From assembly GCA_043817235.1 (NCBI GenBank), contig JBDRHA010000011.1, positions 35,223-99,222 of the forward strand: a stretch of DNA of 64,000 nt, given 5' to 3'. Shown in pieces: positions 10,129-19,856 of the stretch. The DNA comes from Candidatus Shapirobacteria bacterium (lineage in GTDB: Bacteria; Patescibacteriota; Microgenomatia; UBA12405; BS750m-G30). The notes below the pieces were generated by a model, which ran no database searches, had not been told where the DNA came from, and worked only from the letters and a program-made list of their open reading frames with translations. A program made the position numbers and the translations under genes. How positions within the stretch are numbered: the stretch's first letter is position 1; each line of letters starts with the position of its first letter.

Positions 10129-10719
10129 TCAAACTTTGCCTAATTCCTGATCGTTTCCCAAAATAACCGCCAAATTTTTCATCAAAATATTAACCAAAAA
10201 AGGATCTCTGCTTCTTTTTCTTAATTTGAACTCTTTTAAATCCATAACTGCATAATTTATTTCTCTGCCTCTGCGTTTTTCTTCTTTTACCACCAGTTTC
10301 CCTATCTCCGGAAGCACTACTCTGCCTACAATCAAAAAGTCTACTTCTGATTGGCTTCCCTCCCAATTTAAAAATTCAGGAGAAAAAGCAACCAATCTTA
10401 GTTCTCCTAATCGAGAGCGATTTTTAATTATTTCTCCTCCCAGCCCCACTATCTTGGCCATCATGGAAAGAAAATCAGTATAAAAAGGGTAGTCTCTATT
10501 AAGAAAATAAAAAAGACGATTGCCCCGCCTTTCTTTTAAGAGTAAACCCGCCTCAGCTAAGTTATTTAGCTCGCGGCGAACGGAATTAATCTCTTCGCCA
10601 ATTTCTCGAACCGCTTCCCTTATATAATACGAGGAGCGCGGCTGGTCAAAAAAAAGCTTTAATAATCCTATTCGGGTTTTGGAAACAATTATTTTTTTTA
10701 GAGCCTTAGTCATAATCAA
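10129..10719 (-). CDS. winged-HTH transcriptional regulator with a C-terminal minimal-nucleotidyltransferase-like region
   Basis: N-terminal wHTH (YYIREAVREIGEEINSVRRELNNLAEAGLL). The C-terminal ...RLVAFSPEF...SEVDFLIVG loosely resembles the MNT GS...D.D motif. Domain assignment is inferred. Confidence 0.45.
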   Translation of the reverse strand: MIMTKALKKIIVSKTRIGLLKLFFDQPRSSYYIREAVREIGEEINSVRRELNNLAEAGLLLKERRGNRLFYFLNRDYPFYTDFLSMMAKIVGLGGEIIKNRSRLGELRLVAFSPEFLNWEGSQSEVDFLIVGRVVLPEIGKLVVKEEKRRGREINYAVMDLKEFKLRKRSRDPFLVNILMKNLAVILGNDQELGKV

Positions 10720-11905
10720 CAGTATTTCCTAAGGGCAAAACTTCTATCCATATTTGTCCGCGATCAAAAGCGATTTCTTTTCCCTTTAGATCCGAAAAAA
10801 TAGTTCTACTTTCCTGGTCTTTTTTAGCCCATTTTCCCTCAGTTGCTCCCCCATCCTGAAAAACTAAAGCCTTGCCGCTACCGATAGTGGCATACAAAAG
10901 ATGCTTGTGATCGTCTACTGGCCCAGTTTCTTTTGTAAACTGAATAACTATTGCCTTTGCTTCCAGTTGGCTATTGGCAAGAAAATCTATATGTGGCTGG
11001 CCCCCGTCTTCTCGCAAATAGACATTATTCTGAGCGTCATATGCCCAGTGCACGCTATAATCCTTATAGCCCTGCCAGAAATCAAAACTAATATTGCCTA
11101 TCCTATCGGAATCAGACACCGGCTTATCTTCTTTAAATTCCCAAGACTGAAAAGTATTGGCTTCCTGCCAGCCCGGTAGCCCTCTTTGTTCATCGGCATA
11201 ATCCCAAAGGAATTGCGAATTACAGTACATGGTGTGCTCTGTTGCTCGGCTTTGCCCAGTTCTTTCCGGCTCGCGGCGGCAAGCGGTATAGGGAAGAGCA
11301 AACTGATCCATATCGTTCCAGGAACCGGCATCTTTCCAGCCAAGCTTCTCAATTTGGCATAAAGCCTTGGCCCGATTATCTACAGTAACATCAGAACACA
11401 AGCCTGCTCCACCAACATGAACATATAAAGGATTAGCTCCGTATTCTAGTGCCCAGTCCAAAAAATAAATCCGGGAGGAGCGCACCGGCCCAAGATCATA
11501 TTTTTCTTTTACCGGAACGGCCGCAGCACAATAGTAAACCCCCATAAAGCGAGTAATTCCGCCCTCTGCTACTGCTTCATAGATAATATCCGCCCGAAAC
11601 AAGCCCGATTGAGGTCGGGAGTCCTCGTGATTCTCAATCATTACAGCCATTGGGCGTCTTTGATCCCAAATTTCTTTTTCGCCTGCGGTATACATTACAC
11701 CATTAATCGGACACTCCTGATCCTTTGGTCCAGCAAAAACAACCTCCCCATCCGAACCAATTTCCTGTTCTACCAAAGGAGAGGAGATGAGCCCTGCCTC
11801 TTTCTGCCAAAAAGAAAAAGCAGAAAAGCTTACTCCTCCGGCAAAAAGATAAACCCCGAATAAAAGAAGCCAGTGCCTTTTCTCTAAATTAAATATTTTT
11901 TTCAT
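10706..11905 (-). CDS. DUF3048 family secreted/lipoprotein (YerB-like)
   Basis: N-terminal TM/signal, then RPMAVMIENHEDSRPQSGLFRADIIYEAVAEGGITRF, typical of DUF3048. Confidence 0.6.
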   Translation of the reverse strand: MKKIFNLEKRHWLLLFGVYLFAGGVSFSAFSFWQKEAGLISSPLVEQEIGSDGEVVFAGPKDQECPINGVMYTAGEKEIWDQRRPMAVMIENHEDSRPQSGLFRADIIYEAVAEGGITRFMGVYYCAAAVPVKEKYDLGPVRSSRIYFLDWALEYGANPLYVHVGGAGLCSDVTVDNRAKALCQIEKLGWKDAGSWNDMDQFALPYTACRREPERTGQSRATEHTMYCNSQFLWDYADEQRGLPGWQEANTFQSWEFKEDKPVSDSDRIGNISFDFWQGYKDYSVHWAYDAQNNVYLREDGGQPHIDFLANSQLEAKAIVIQFTKETGPVDDHKHLLYATIGSGKALVFQDGGATEGKWAKKDQESRTIFSDLKGKEIAFDRGQIWIEVLPLGNTVDYD

Positions 11906-11907
11906 TA

Positions 11908-12387
11908 TTAGCTTCTAATAGCAATTGCCTGTTTGATAGCCAGCTCTTCCTCTTTGGATAATTTGCCATCAGCTACTTTACCACTTTTGACAATTTTAAT
12001 ATATAGCCGGGTTAAATTCCTACCATGTAAACTGGTAATTAAAAATCCGGATTCAAAGTCATCAAGCAAAGCAAAAGAAAAGCTTTGATTGCCTCCCATT
12101 TCTGCAAAAGGGTTAAAGCGCACCAGGCCAGCTTTTTGATAGTGAGATCTTCCTCTTTTTTCTAGCAAAACCAGCAGTTCTTGAGCGTTTTTGCTTTCCT
12201 TGTTCTGCTTTTCTAAATTCTTTAAAATCTGGTCCAAAAGCCTGGGCAAACTTTCTTTTCCCACCTCTTTAGTCAAGCGGCGGTAATGAGAGAGAATTGC
12301 CCAAAAAAAACCGGTCAAAACCAAATTCCAAAAAAACAAAACATAGATAAGGTAATTAGGAGAAAAGTTAAATCCAGTATTTGTCAT
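11908..12387 (-). CDS. DUF4446-like small membrane protein
   Basis: N-terminal TM helix and a conserved VRFNPFAEMGGNQSFSFALLD block. Family call from memory. Confidence 0.4.
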   Translation of the reverse strand: MTNTGFNFSPNYLIYVLFFWNLVLTGFFWAILSHYRRLTKEVGKESLPRLLDQILKNLEKQNKESKNAQELLVLLEKRGRSHYQKAGLVRFNPFAEMGGNQSFSFALLDDFESGFLITSLHGRNLTRLYIKIVKSGKVADGKLSKEEELAIKQAIAIRS

Positions 12388-12440
12388 CTCCAGTAAATTT
12401 TAACCCTTTTCTCTACAGGGTGTCAACCGACTTTTTGTCA

Positions 12441-12449
12441 TGCTATAAT
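12441..12449 (+). promoter_or_regulatory. extended -10 promoter (TGcTATAAT), only 7 nt upstream of ATG 12456, suggesting a leaderless transcript
   Basis: TGCTATAAT at 12441-12449 in the divergent intergenic region. The ATG follows directly with no room for an RBS. Confidence 0.3.
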
Positions 12450-12455
12450 ACCCTA

Positions 12456-12677
12456 ATGGCTAAAAAGAGAAAAACGAGAAAAGATAAAGTCATCCTCTCT
12501 CTAAAGAGGGAGCTAGCCAAAGAAGAAAGACCCAAAGTTTATTTATCTAAAGGTAAAAAAGAAAATAAATTTACAGAAATTAGCCTTCCTCTTGGAGCCA
12601 TCAAAAAGGACTTAGTAAAAAGTTTTTTGCTTTCAACATTTGCAATTGTCTGCCTCTTTTTGCTATATTTAGCCTGA
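12456..12677 (+). CDS. small basic membrane protein, hypothetical
   Basis: ORF-track 12381..12677 trimmed to ATG 12456 (MAKKRKTRKDK...). Lys-rich N-terminus and a C-terminal TM helix. Confidence 0.35.
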   Translation: MAKKRKTRKDKVILSLKRELAKEERPKVYLSKGKKENKFTEISLPLGAIKKDLVKSFLLSTFAIVCLFLLYLA

Positions 12678-12732
12678 ATACTAGTTTTAGCAATTACACT
12701 AGTTTTTGCTTTGAAAGGGGGTGAAGTAAAAA

Positions 12733-12873
12733 GTGGAATTTTATTGTGTAAAATGTCGACAAAAGAGAGACACTGAGGACTACCAAAAAGTCACTCTAAA
12801 AAATGGCCGCCCTGCTTTGAAAGCCAAATGTCCAGTCTGTGGAACTGGAATGTTTAAAATCGTTGCTGCCTAA
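12733..12873 (+). CDS. DUF5679-like zinc-ribbon protein (46 aa)
   Basis: GTG start after an in-frame TAA. Encodes (M)EFYCVKCRQKRDTEDYQKVTLKNGRPALKAKCPVCGTGMFKIVAA with two CxxC pairs. A purine-rich AAAGGGGG lies upstream. Not in the ORF track, which has a 60-aa cut-off. Confidence 0.5.
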   Translation: MEFYCVKCRQKRDTEDYQKVTLKNGRPALKAKCPVCGTGMFKIVAA

Positions 12874-12910
12874 TTAAACAGTTAGACTGCTTAAACTTAA
12901 GCAAAAGAAG

Positions 12911-12940
12911 TCTCCCCCGCAGCGGCGGGGGGGTTTCTTT
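12911..12940 (+). terminator. rho-independent terminator
   Basis: CCCCCGC-AGCG-GCGGGGG stem-loop followed by GGTTTCTTT. Confidence 0.55.
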
Positions 12941-12971
12941 GTTGGGAGGTTATTGTTATAATACTATTATC

Positions 12972-13254
12972 CTTGAAAGTTTGAACGGTGGCCCCGCAAC
13001 GGCGGGGAGGAAAGTCCAGACTGCAAAAGGCATGGTGTTTTGGGAAACCAAAACTTCCGATTTGCCAACTGGCGAATCGGAACGAGATAGGGCCACAGAG
13101 ACGAGTCTCCCGACGTTACGTCGGGAGGGTGAAACGGGCAACCCTCCCAGCAGCAATCTCAAGTCCGGTAGGGTGCCTTTCCCAATTAATACCGGGGTAG
13201 AGAGCATTAGATAGATCACCGTATAAAACAAAATCTGGCTTATTAAGCTTTCAG
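12972..13254 (+). ncRNA. rnpB: RNase P RNA (bacterial type A-like, reduced length ~280 nt)
   Basis: Preceded by TATAAT (12957-12962). Contains GAGGAAAGTCCAGAC (the P4 5' strand, GGAAAGUCCGGGC-like), CGGGAGGGTGAAACGGGCAACCCTCCC (the AGGGUGAAA motif) and the 3' element ACAAAATCTGGCTTATTAAGCTTTC (cf. ACAGAACCCGGCUUA). The 5' GAAAGT pairs with the 3' GCTTTC as P1. Confidence 0.7.
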
Positions 13255-13257
13255 GGA

Positions 13258-14244
13258 TTAATTTTTCTTCAAGATAAACTCTTGGAAAAGAAGACGGGCA
13301 GTAAGATAGGTCGGGATGGCCAACAAGGCACCGGCTACTCCGGCTAAGTTAGCCCCGATAACAATGCTAATCAAGGAGGTCACCGGATTAATCCCTACCA
13401 CTCTAGACATAATTCTTGGCACTAAATAATTATTTTCTATTTGCTGGACAATAAAAGCCCAGGCAGCTACAGCCAAGGCCGTAAGCGGGGAGATAAACAA
13501 ACCGATAAGTACCGCCGGAATCGCTCCGATAAATGGCCCCATCCCAGGCACTACTTCTAATATCCCCATAAAAACGCTTAAGGGAAGAGCGAATTTCAAT
13601 CCCAATAGAGAATAGCCAATATAAGAAAGAACCCCAACAAAAAGCATTAAAAGGAGTTGAGCGCGCACCCAGTTGCCCAATATTTTTTCTAATCTCCTAA
13701 CCAATCCCTGGCCCTTAATTTGAATTTCTTTGCCAAAAAAATCTAATAAATACTGGTCTAAATTCTCATGCTCCAGAAGAAAGTAAAAACTGATCACTAA
13801 AATAGCCATCACTGTAATAAAGCTGGAAAAAAACCCGAAAGTGAAAGATAAAATCCGAGAAGATAAATTACCAATTTGACCCAACTGATTGGTTAAAAAA
13901 TCACTGCCCAAAAAATCTAAGCGCAAGCTCTGGGCAATAGAAGGAAAGGTTTTAACTAAATCAGTAGTTTGGCTAACAACTGCCGGAATAACCAAGGCCA
14001 GTGAGCCCACCAAAACAATAATTAAAATCAAATACATTATTAAGGCCGCCAAAGTTCGAGGCACTCCTCTTTTTTCCAATCTTGTTACTGTCGGATTTAA
14101 AGCGCCGGCCAAAATCAAGGCAATAAACAGGCCAAAGAGCACCTCTTTTATTTCATAAATCAGCCAAAAACCGAAAACAAGAAGAAGGCCGACAATAACG
14201 CTTTTGGGTGAAACTTCAATAACTAGTTTTTTTTCGTTAGCCAT
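13258..14244 (-). CDS. AI-2E family (PerM/YhhT-like) transporter
   Basis: 328 aa, about 8 predicted TM helices, with a topology and length typical of UPF0118/AI-2E proteins. Confidence 0.5.
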   Translation of the reverse strand: MANEKKLVIEVSPKSVIVGLLLVFGFWLIYEIKEVLFGLFIALILAGALNPTVTRLEKRGVPRTLAALIMYLILIIVLVGSLALVIPAVVSQTTDLVKTFPSIAQSLRLDFLGSDFLTNQLGQIGNLSSRILSFTFGFFSSFITVMAILVISFYFLLEHENLDQYLLDFFGKEIQIKGQGLVRRLEKILGNWVRAQLLLMLFVGVLSYIGYSLLGLKFALPLSVFMGILEVVPGMGPFIGAIPAVLIGLFISPLTALAVAAWAFIVQQIENNYLVPRIMSRVVGINPVTSLISIVIGANLAGVAGALLAIPTYLTARLLFQEFILKKN

Positions 14245-15136
14245 TACTCCATTTTTTCATTCTTTGGCCTGCTTTGTCAAGAGAGCCTTTTTGATCCGCC
14301 CTAACCTTAATAAAAAGTTTATTTTTTCTAAACCATAATTTCTGTTTTTTGGCAAAGCTTAGCTCATCTTTAAACCATTCATTTTTTACCAAGCTCAATT
14401 TCTTCTTTTTTTTAAAATAATCTTCAAACTCTTTATAAGCCAAGCAGTTTAAACCGGGATCTTCCCAGCAATATAAAGATAATAAATATCTAATTTCTTT
14501 AATTATTCCTTGCTTCATTCGTTTTTCAATTCTTTTTTTTATCTTCTCTCCTATAAATTCCAAAGGGGCATCCAAATATATACCTAAAATATTAGCATTC
14601 TTTAAAAAAAAATTTTTATCATTTTTTTTTCTACTTAAGCTAAGCTCAACCAAGCGGATCAATCTTCGGGGATTATTTTGATCGGAATTATTCAAATTTT
14701 CCCATCTTTTCGGATCCATCTTCCTTGCTCTACTTTTTAGATCGCTTAGTTTTAATTTTTCCAGTTTACGCCGCAAAGGCCAGTTCGGAGCAATGCCTTG
14801 GGTATCCAAGCCCTCTAAAAGAGTTTTTAAATAAAAAGCACTGCCGCCAACAACAATTGGCAATTTATTTCTGCTCCAAATATTTTTAGCTGCCAAAATA
14901 GCCAGCCTAGCCCATTGATAAGAACTAAAAGTCTGATTAGGGCGGATAAGGTCAACTAACCAAACTTTTTGGTTTTCTTCTAAGTCTTTACCCGTGCCAA
15001 TGTCCATTCCTTGATAAACCTGACGGGAATCAGCTGATATTAATTCACCTTGAAGGTCAGCAGCCATTTTTAGAGCCAGCGAGGTTTTGCCAAGAGCAGT
15101 TGGACCGTAAATTACTAGCAACTTCTTTTTAGGCAT
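14237..15136 (-). CDS. miaA: tRNA dimethylallyltransferase
   Basis: P-loop GPTALGKT, and ...SADSRQVYQGMDIGTGK, typical of MiaA. Start chosen at MPKKKLLVIYGPT (the ORF track extends to 15175). Confidence 0.8.
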   Translation of the reverse strand: MPKKKLLVIYGPTALGKTSLALKMAADLQGELISADSRQVYQGMDIGTGKDLEENQKVWLVDLIRPNQTFSSYQWARLAILAAKNIWSRNKLPIVVGGSAFYLKTLLEGLDTQGIAPNWPLRRKLEKLKLSDLKSRARKMDPKRWENLNNSDQNNPRRLIRLVELSLSRKKNDKNFFLKNANILGIYLDAPLEFIGEKIKKRIEKRMKQGIIKEIRYLLSLYCWEDPGLNCLAYKEFEDYFKKKKKLSLVKNEWFKDELSFAKKQKLWFRKNKLFIKVRADQKGSLDKAGQRMKKWSNG

Positions 15137-16115
15137 AATCTTTGCCTGTAAACAGTTCGCGAATGATATCTTCAATCGAAGGCTCGGTAATGTTCACGTC
15201 TTCCACCGGAAGCTTTTGGAGCATTTCCGCCGCCGCAAAAGAAGCGGCTTTTCTTTTTACTAATATTTCCGCTTTTAGGGGCTCAAATGATCTAATTTTC
15301 CCCAAGCCCCTCAGGTCTTTTCTTTCTAGCCTCTTATTAAAAACTACTGAAATAAGCTTATGATCGGCAAACTTACTAATGATTTCTTCCAGCTGGCCAT
15401 CGAAAATAATCTTGCCCTTGTCAATAATAATTACTCTTCTAGCCAACTCCTTAACATCACCCATATAATGAGAAGTTAGAATAATCGTCGCATTATGTTT
15501 TTGGTTATACCCTTTAATAAAATCTCTTATTTTTTTCTGCATCACCACATCCAAGCCAATCGTTGGCTCGTCCAAAAAGAGCACTTTGGGCTGGTGAAGC
15601 AAAGCAGCAATTAGCTCACATTTCATTCGCTGGCCCAAAGAAAGCTTTCTTACTTGAATTTTAAGTAGATCCTTAACCTCCAGAAGCTTAACTAATTCTT
15701 TAAAGGTTTCTTCGTATGCTTTTTTATCAATTTCATAAATTTCCCGATTTAAGTTAAAAGTTTCCAAGGCCGGAAGATCCCACCAAAGCTGATTTTTTTG
15801 GCCCATGACAAAGGAAATTTGTTTTAAATATTCTTTTTTCCTTTCCCAAGGGATATAGCCCAAAACCGAAATTTCCCCTCCGTCCGGATAAAGAAGACCG
15901 GAAAGGCATTTAAGCGTAGTAGTTTTACCCGCCCCGTTGGGGCCAATAAAGCCGACCAATTCGCCCTGGCCTATTTCGAAACCCACCTTATCCACAGCTT
16001 TTACCGTTTCATATTGGCGCTTAAATAAAGACCTTAGCGAGCCAACTAATCCCGGCTGTTTTTGGAATACTTGATAGTATTTTTTTAAGCAGTCAACTTT
16101 AATTGCCGTCTCCAC
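15129..16115 (-). CDS. ABC transporter ATP-binding protein (ABC-2/DrrA-like); no permease adjacent
   Basis: Walker A GPNGAGKTT, signature LSLGQRMK, Walker B LFLDEPTIGLD. Confidence 0.75.
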   Translation of the reverse strand: METAIKVDCLKKYYQVFQKQPGLVGSLRSLFKRQYETVKAVDKVGFEIGQGELVGFIGPNGAGKTTTLKCLSGLLYPDGGEISVLGYIPWERKKEYLKQISFVMGQKNQLWWDLPALETFNLNREIYEIDKKAYEETFKELVKLLEVKDLLKIQVRKLSLGQRMKCELIAALLHQPKVLFLDEPTIGLDVVMQKKIRDFIKGYNQKHNATIILTSHYMGDVKELARRVIIIDKGKIIFDGQLEEIISKFADHKLISVVFNKRLERKDLRGLGKIRSFEPLKAEILVKRKAASFAAAEMLQKLPVEDVNITEPSIEDIIRELFTGKDYA

Positions 16116-16159
16116 TAAAATATCCTACCAAAAAAGGGCTCGCGATAAAAGAGGATAAG

Positions 16160-16432
16160 TTATTTTACTGCTTTTTTCAGGGCTGTCCCAGGAGTAAATC
16201 TAGGCATCCGGCGAGGAGCAATTTTCTTTTTTTTGTCTTTGCCGATAGGAAGCACTTGCTTGGACTTAAAAAGCCGTGTCCAAAAGACCCCGAAACCAGA
16301 AAGCTTCACCCGTTCTCCGCGAGCTAAAGCTTTAGAAATTTCCTCTAAAAAAGCATCCACTATATCTTTAGTGGTTTTTTTAGTAAGTTTTAGCCGAGCA
16401 GCTAAGTTTTCAATTACTTGACTCTTTTTCAT
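16160..16432 (-). CDS. hup: HU family DNA-binding protein
   Basis: HU/IHF fold: ...KLSGFGVF...PRRMPRFTPG. Confidence 0.85.
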   Translation of the reverse strand: MKKSQVIENLAARLKLTKKTTKDIVDAFLEEISKALARGERVKLSGFGVFWTRLFKSKQVLPIGKDKKKKIAPRRMPRFTPGTALKKAVK

Positions 16433-16462
16433 AAGTGATTTTACCCCAAGTTAGCAAAAATG

Positions 16463-18052
16463 TCAATCACGATTTTTAGCGCTAGCCGTAGCCTGAACCC
16501 TTACCTCACGAATACCGGTAATCTTTATTTGGCCCGCCCACTTTGCTTCTTCATCTAATTGCCGGCTTATTTCATTAATCAAAACAGTCAGCTGATCATC
16601 AGATATTTCTTCAGGCTGAACAATCACCCTTATCTCCCGCCCTGCTTGATAGGCGGCCACATCGGCGACTCCTTTATGCGATCGGCAAATTTCCTCAATC
16701 TTAGTCATTCGCTTCAAGTATTCTTCGTGCGCCTGGTAACGCGCTCCTGGCCGCGAACCGGAAGCTGCGTCTGCTATCCAAACAATGCCCGACTCTACGC
16801 TGGAAAAAGGCTTATCTTCATGATGCTCCTCAATACAGGCAATAATTTTAGGAGGAAAGCGAAACCGTTTTAAAAAGGCAACACCGGCATCCACGTGAGA
16901 ACCCTCTTCATCCATTACCACTTTGCCTATATCGTGTAAAAGGCAGCCCAAGCGAACTACTTTTACATCTGCTTTTAGCTCCTGAGCAATAGAAACGGCA
17001 ATCTTCGTTTCCTCTATAGTATGAATTGCTAAATTTTGGCCAAAAGAAAAGCGATACCTATAACGCCCAATCATCTTTACAATTTCCACCGGCAAGTGGT
17101 AGACGCCAACCGCCTGGCAAATCTTTTTTCCTTCCTCTAAAAGAATTTTATCCATCTGTGCCTTAGTTTGAGAAACTACTTCTTCAATCCGAGAAGGCTG
17201 AATGCGGCCGTCGCGAATTAATTTTTCTAAAGCGATTTTGGCAATTTCCCTTCTTAAAGAATCAAAAGAGGAAATCCTTGCCTCATTGCTCTCGTCCAGC
17301 TCAATTTCCACCCCTGTTGCCTGTTCAAAAGCGCGAATATTCCTTCCTTCCCTGCCAATAATTTTCCCCTTAATATTGTCGTTGGGCAACTGAAGACTGG
17401 AAACCGTATAGCCGGCCACATAGTCGGTAACCCCGTGGCGTAAAGCCTCGGCCAATATTTCCTGGCTAAGCTCTTCCTCGTTAGTCTTAATTGCCTCTTT
17501 TGCTTCTTCTATTTTTTTTGCTTCCCAAGCAACCAGCTCTTTTTGGGCAGTTTTGAGAAGAAGATTTTTTGCTTCTTCTTTGCTCAAAGCAGCAATTTTT
17601 TCCAGGGTAGAAAGATGCTTTTTTCGTAAATCTTCAGCCTCTTGCCGCTTTTGTCCTAATCCCTTTTCTTGAGCATTAATATTCTCCTCGCGCGCGCTTA
17701 GGTATTTTTCTTTTTCAGCTTGAGCGCTGGCTCTTTTTTCTACTTCTTTTTCTCTTTGATTTACTTCTTCCAAAAGCTGAACCAGCTTTAACTCCCGGCT
17801 CTTAAATTCCTGCCCAATTTGTGTTCGAACTTTTTTTACTACTACCCTTGGTGTCTTTGTCTTCCTGGCCGATTTGCTAATTCTCTTAAGTTCCTTTTTT
17901 TCAATTTTCGGCTTTTTCCCAAAACGAAAAACAAAATTTTTAAATCCTCCTAACATTATTCCTCCTTTTTTGAAAATCCGGCGAAGGCAAAAAAACGCTA
18001 AAAGAACGGAAGCTGCTTTAAGAATTAAAAAACAGTATTTTCTTTCTAACAA
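16463..18052 (-). CDS. rny: ribonuclease Y
   Basis: N-terminal TM helix, coiled coil, KH domain (GKIIGREGRNIRAFEQATGVEI) and HD domain (LLHDIGK). Confidence 0.8.
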   Translation of the reverse strand: MLERKYCFLILKAASVLLAFFCLRRIFKKGGIMLGGFKNFVFRFGKKPKIEKKELKRISKSARKTKTPRVVVKKVRTQIGQEFKSRELKLVQLLEEVNQREKEVEKRASAQAEKEKYLSAREENINAQEKGLGQKRQEAEDLRKKHLSTLEKIAALSKEEAKNLLLKTAQKELVAWEAKKIEEAKEAIKTNEEELSQEILAEALRHGVTDYVAGYTVSSLQLPNDNIKGKIIGREGRNIRAFEQATGVEIELDESNEARISSFDSLRREIAKIALEKLIRDGRIQPSRIEEVVSQTKAQMDKILLEEGKKICQAVGVYHLPVEIVKMIGRYRYRFSFGQNLAIHTIEETKIAVSIAQELKADVKVVRLGCLLHDIGKVVMDEEGSHVDAGVAFLKRFRFPPKIIACIEEHHEDKPFSSVESGIVWIADAASGSRPGARYQAHEEYLKRMTKIEEICRSHKGVADVAAYQAGREIRVIVQPEEISDDQLTVLINEISRQLDEEAKWAGQIKITGIREVRVQATASAKNRD

Positions 18053-18109
18053 TCATGACCAAATATTTTTAGCTAATTAATTTTTCCCTCACCTACTAAT
18101 AAAGTTATT

Positions 18110-18787
18110 TTACGCTAAAATTCCTCGCTCGTCAATCAAAGATTTAATTAATTTATAGGAAAAACCTTTTCTTGCCAGGTAGGAAATCAGCTTTTTTCTT
18201 TTTTCCTTTATGTCAGCCAGAGTTTTTAATTTTTTTTCCAGCAGGGATTTTGCCATTTGCTCCTCATCGTAATCGCTCTCGGCCAATGCCCTATCTATTA
18301 AATTTCTGCTTACTCCCCTTCTGGCTAATTCCCCCTTTAACTCTAGAACAGACCGGGGCCGAAATACAAACCGCTGCTCAACCCACCAGCGCGCAAAATT
18401 TAAATCAGAAAGTAAACTCTCATCTTTAAGGTCTTTTATTATTTTTTCTATTATTTTGCCTGTTTTTAGCTGCAAAAAAGCAGGCGCTTTTTTTAAAGTC
18501 GGCTCACTTTTTTTTAGATACTCAAATAGCCGCTGCTTCATTTCTGCTAAAGTGCGGGGGCGGCAAGAGAGAAGCCTTAGGGCCTTAGCTCTTATTCTTT
18601 CTTTAATCTCATCTTGCCAAAACTGAGTCAGCTCCTTTAAAGAAAGCTTTTGGCCAACCGTTAAGCCATAACGAAGTACTAAAAATAAAGAAGCTCCGAG
18701 GGTAAAATCGGAAAAAACTATATTAACTCTATCTTTGCTTCTCTTTTGAGGAGCAATTTTAAGAATTTCCCAGATAGCCATCAGCAA
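18110..18787 (-). CDS. recX: recombination regulator RecX
   Basis: 225-aa helical-repeat protein immediately downstream of recA, the conserved recA-recX arrangement. Confidence 0.55.
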   Translation of the reverse strand: MLMAIWEILKIAPQKRSKDRVNIVFSDFTLGASLFLVLRYGLTVGQKLSLKELTQFWQDEIKERIRAKALRLLSCRPRTLAEMKQRLFEYLKKSEPTLKKAPAFLQLKTGKIIEKIIKDLKDESLLSDLNFARWWVEQRFVFRPRSVLELKGELARRGVSRNLIDRALAESDYDEEQMAKSLLEKKLKTLADIKEKRKKLISYLARKGFSYKLIKSLIDERGILA

Positions 18788-19819
18788 CTAGTCTTTTTTC
18801 TGGACCAAGCTAATTACTTCTTTGGTGACCTTTTCCGTAAATGAGGAGTTTTTTTCCAAGTGGTCTTTGGTTGCCTCCCGTCCCTGGCCTAAGTTTTCTT
18901 TTTTATACTTAAAAAATGACCCGGATTTGGTTATTACATTATATTTTAAAGCCATATCCAAAATACACCCCGATTGAGATACACCACCTACGTTCATAAT
19001 TTCGAATTCGGCATCTTTAAAAGGCGGAGCAACTTTGTTTTTGACTACTCTAGCTCGATGGGTACTGCCAATTACTATCCCCTCGGCATCTTTAATGTTG
19101 CCGGTTTTGCGTAAATCAATGCGCACCGAAGAATAAAACTTTAAAGCCATGCCGCCGGAAGTTGTTTCCGGGTTGCCAAAGAATACGCCTATTTTATGGC
19201 GAATTTGATTGGTAAAAATAACTGCTGTTTTAGACTTAGCAATTGCTCCGGTCAATTTGCGCAGCGCCTGAGACATTAACCTCGCCTGAACACCCACCAT
19301 AGCATCGCCCATTTCTCCTTCAATCTCTGCTCGGGGAACTAAAGCAGCTACTGAATCAACAACTACTAAATCAAGCCCTCCCGAACGAACCAAGGTTTCT
19401 ACAATTTCCAAACCCTGTTCGCCCGTATCCGGCTGGGAAATTAATAAGTCATCAAGCTTGACTCCAATCTGTTCTGCCCGCTGTGGATTTAAAGCGTGCT
19501 CAGCATCCACGAAAGCGGCCACACCTTTCTTTTTTTGCGCCTCGGCAATAACATGCAGACAAACCGTAGTTTTTCCTGAAGCTTCAGGCCCATAAATTTC
19601 CGATACTCGACCGCGGGGAATGCCTCCGACGCCCAAAGCCAAATCTAAAGTCAGACAGCCAGTAGAAATAGCCGGAACATCAACTGCTTTTTGGTCGCCC
19701 AACTTCATAATCGCACCCTTGCCGTACTGTTTTTCAATCTGCTCCATGGCTATTTTAACCGCCTGCAGTTTCTGTTTTTGAATATTACTATTACCCGAAG
19801 ACATAATCAATTTAACCAT
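18788..19819 (-). CDS. recA: recombinase RecA
   Basis: Walker [10 protein letters not shown], and ...[19 protein letters not shown]. Full-length RecA. Confidence 0.9.
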   Translation of the reverse strand: MVKLIMSSGNSNIQKQKLQAVKIAMEQIEKQYGKGAIMKLGDQKAVDVPAISTGCLTLDLALGVGGIPRGRVSEIYGPEASGKTTVCLHVIAEAQKKKGVAAFVDAEHALNPQRAEQIGVKLDDLLISQPDTGEQGLEIVETLVRSGGLDLVVVDSVAALVPRAEIEGEMGDAMVGVQARLMSQALRKLTGAIAKSKTAVIFTNQIRHKIGVFFGNPETTSGGMALKFYSSVRIDLRKTGNIKDAEGIVIGSTHRARVVKNKVAPPFKDAEFEIMNVGGVSQSGCILDMALKYNVITKSGSFFKYKKENLGQGREATKDHLEKNSSFTEKVTKEVISLVQKKD

Positions 19820-19856
19820 ACACTATGTTAAAATACAATAGATATTTAAAGCTAAA

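Noticed and set aside
12939-13231. Three overlapping ORF-track ORFs (12939..13214 +, 12956..13231 -, 12988..13200 +)
   Set aside because: They lie entirely inside the RNase P RNA gene. Mutually overlapping frames in GC-rich structured RNA are typical spurious ORFs.
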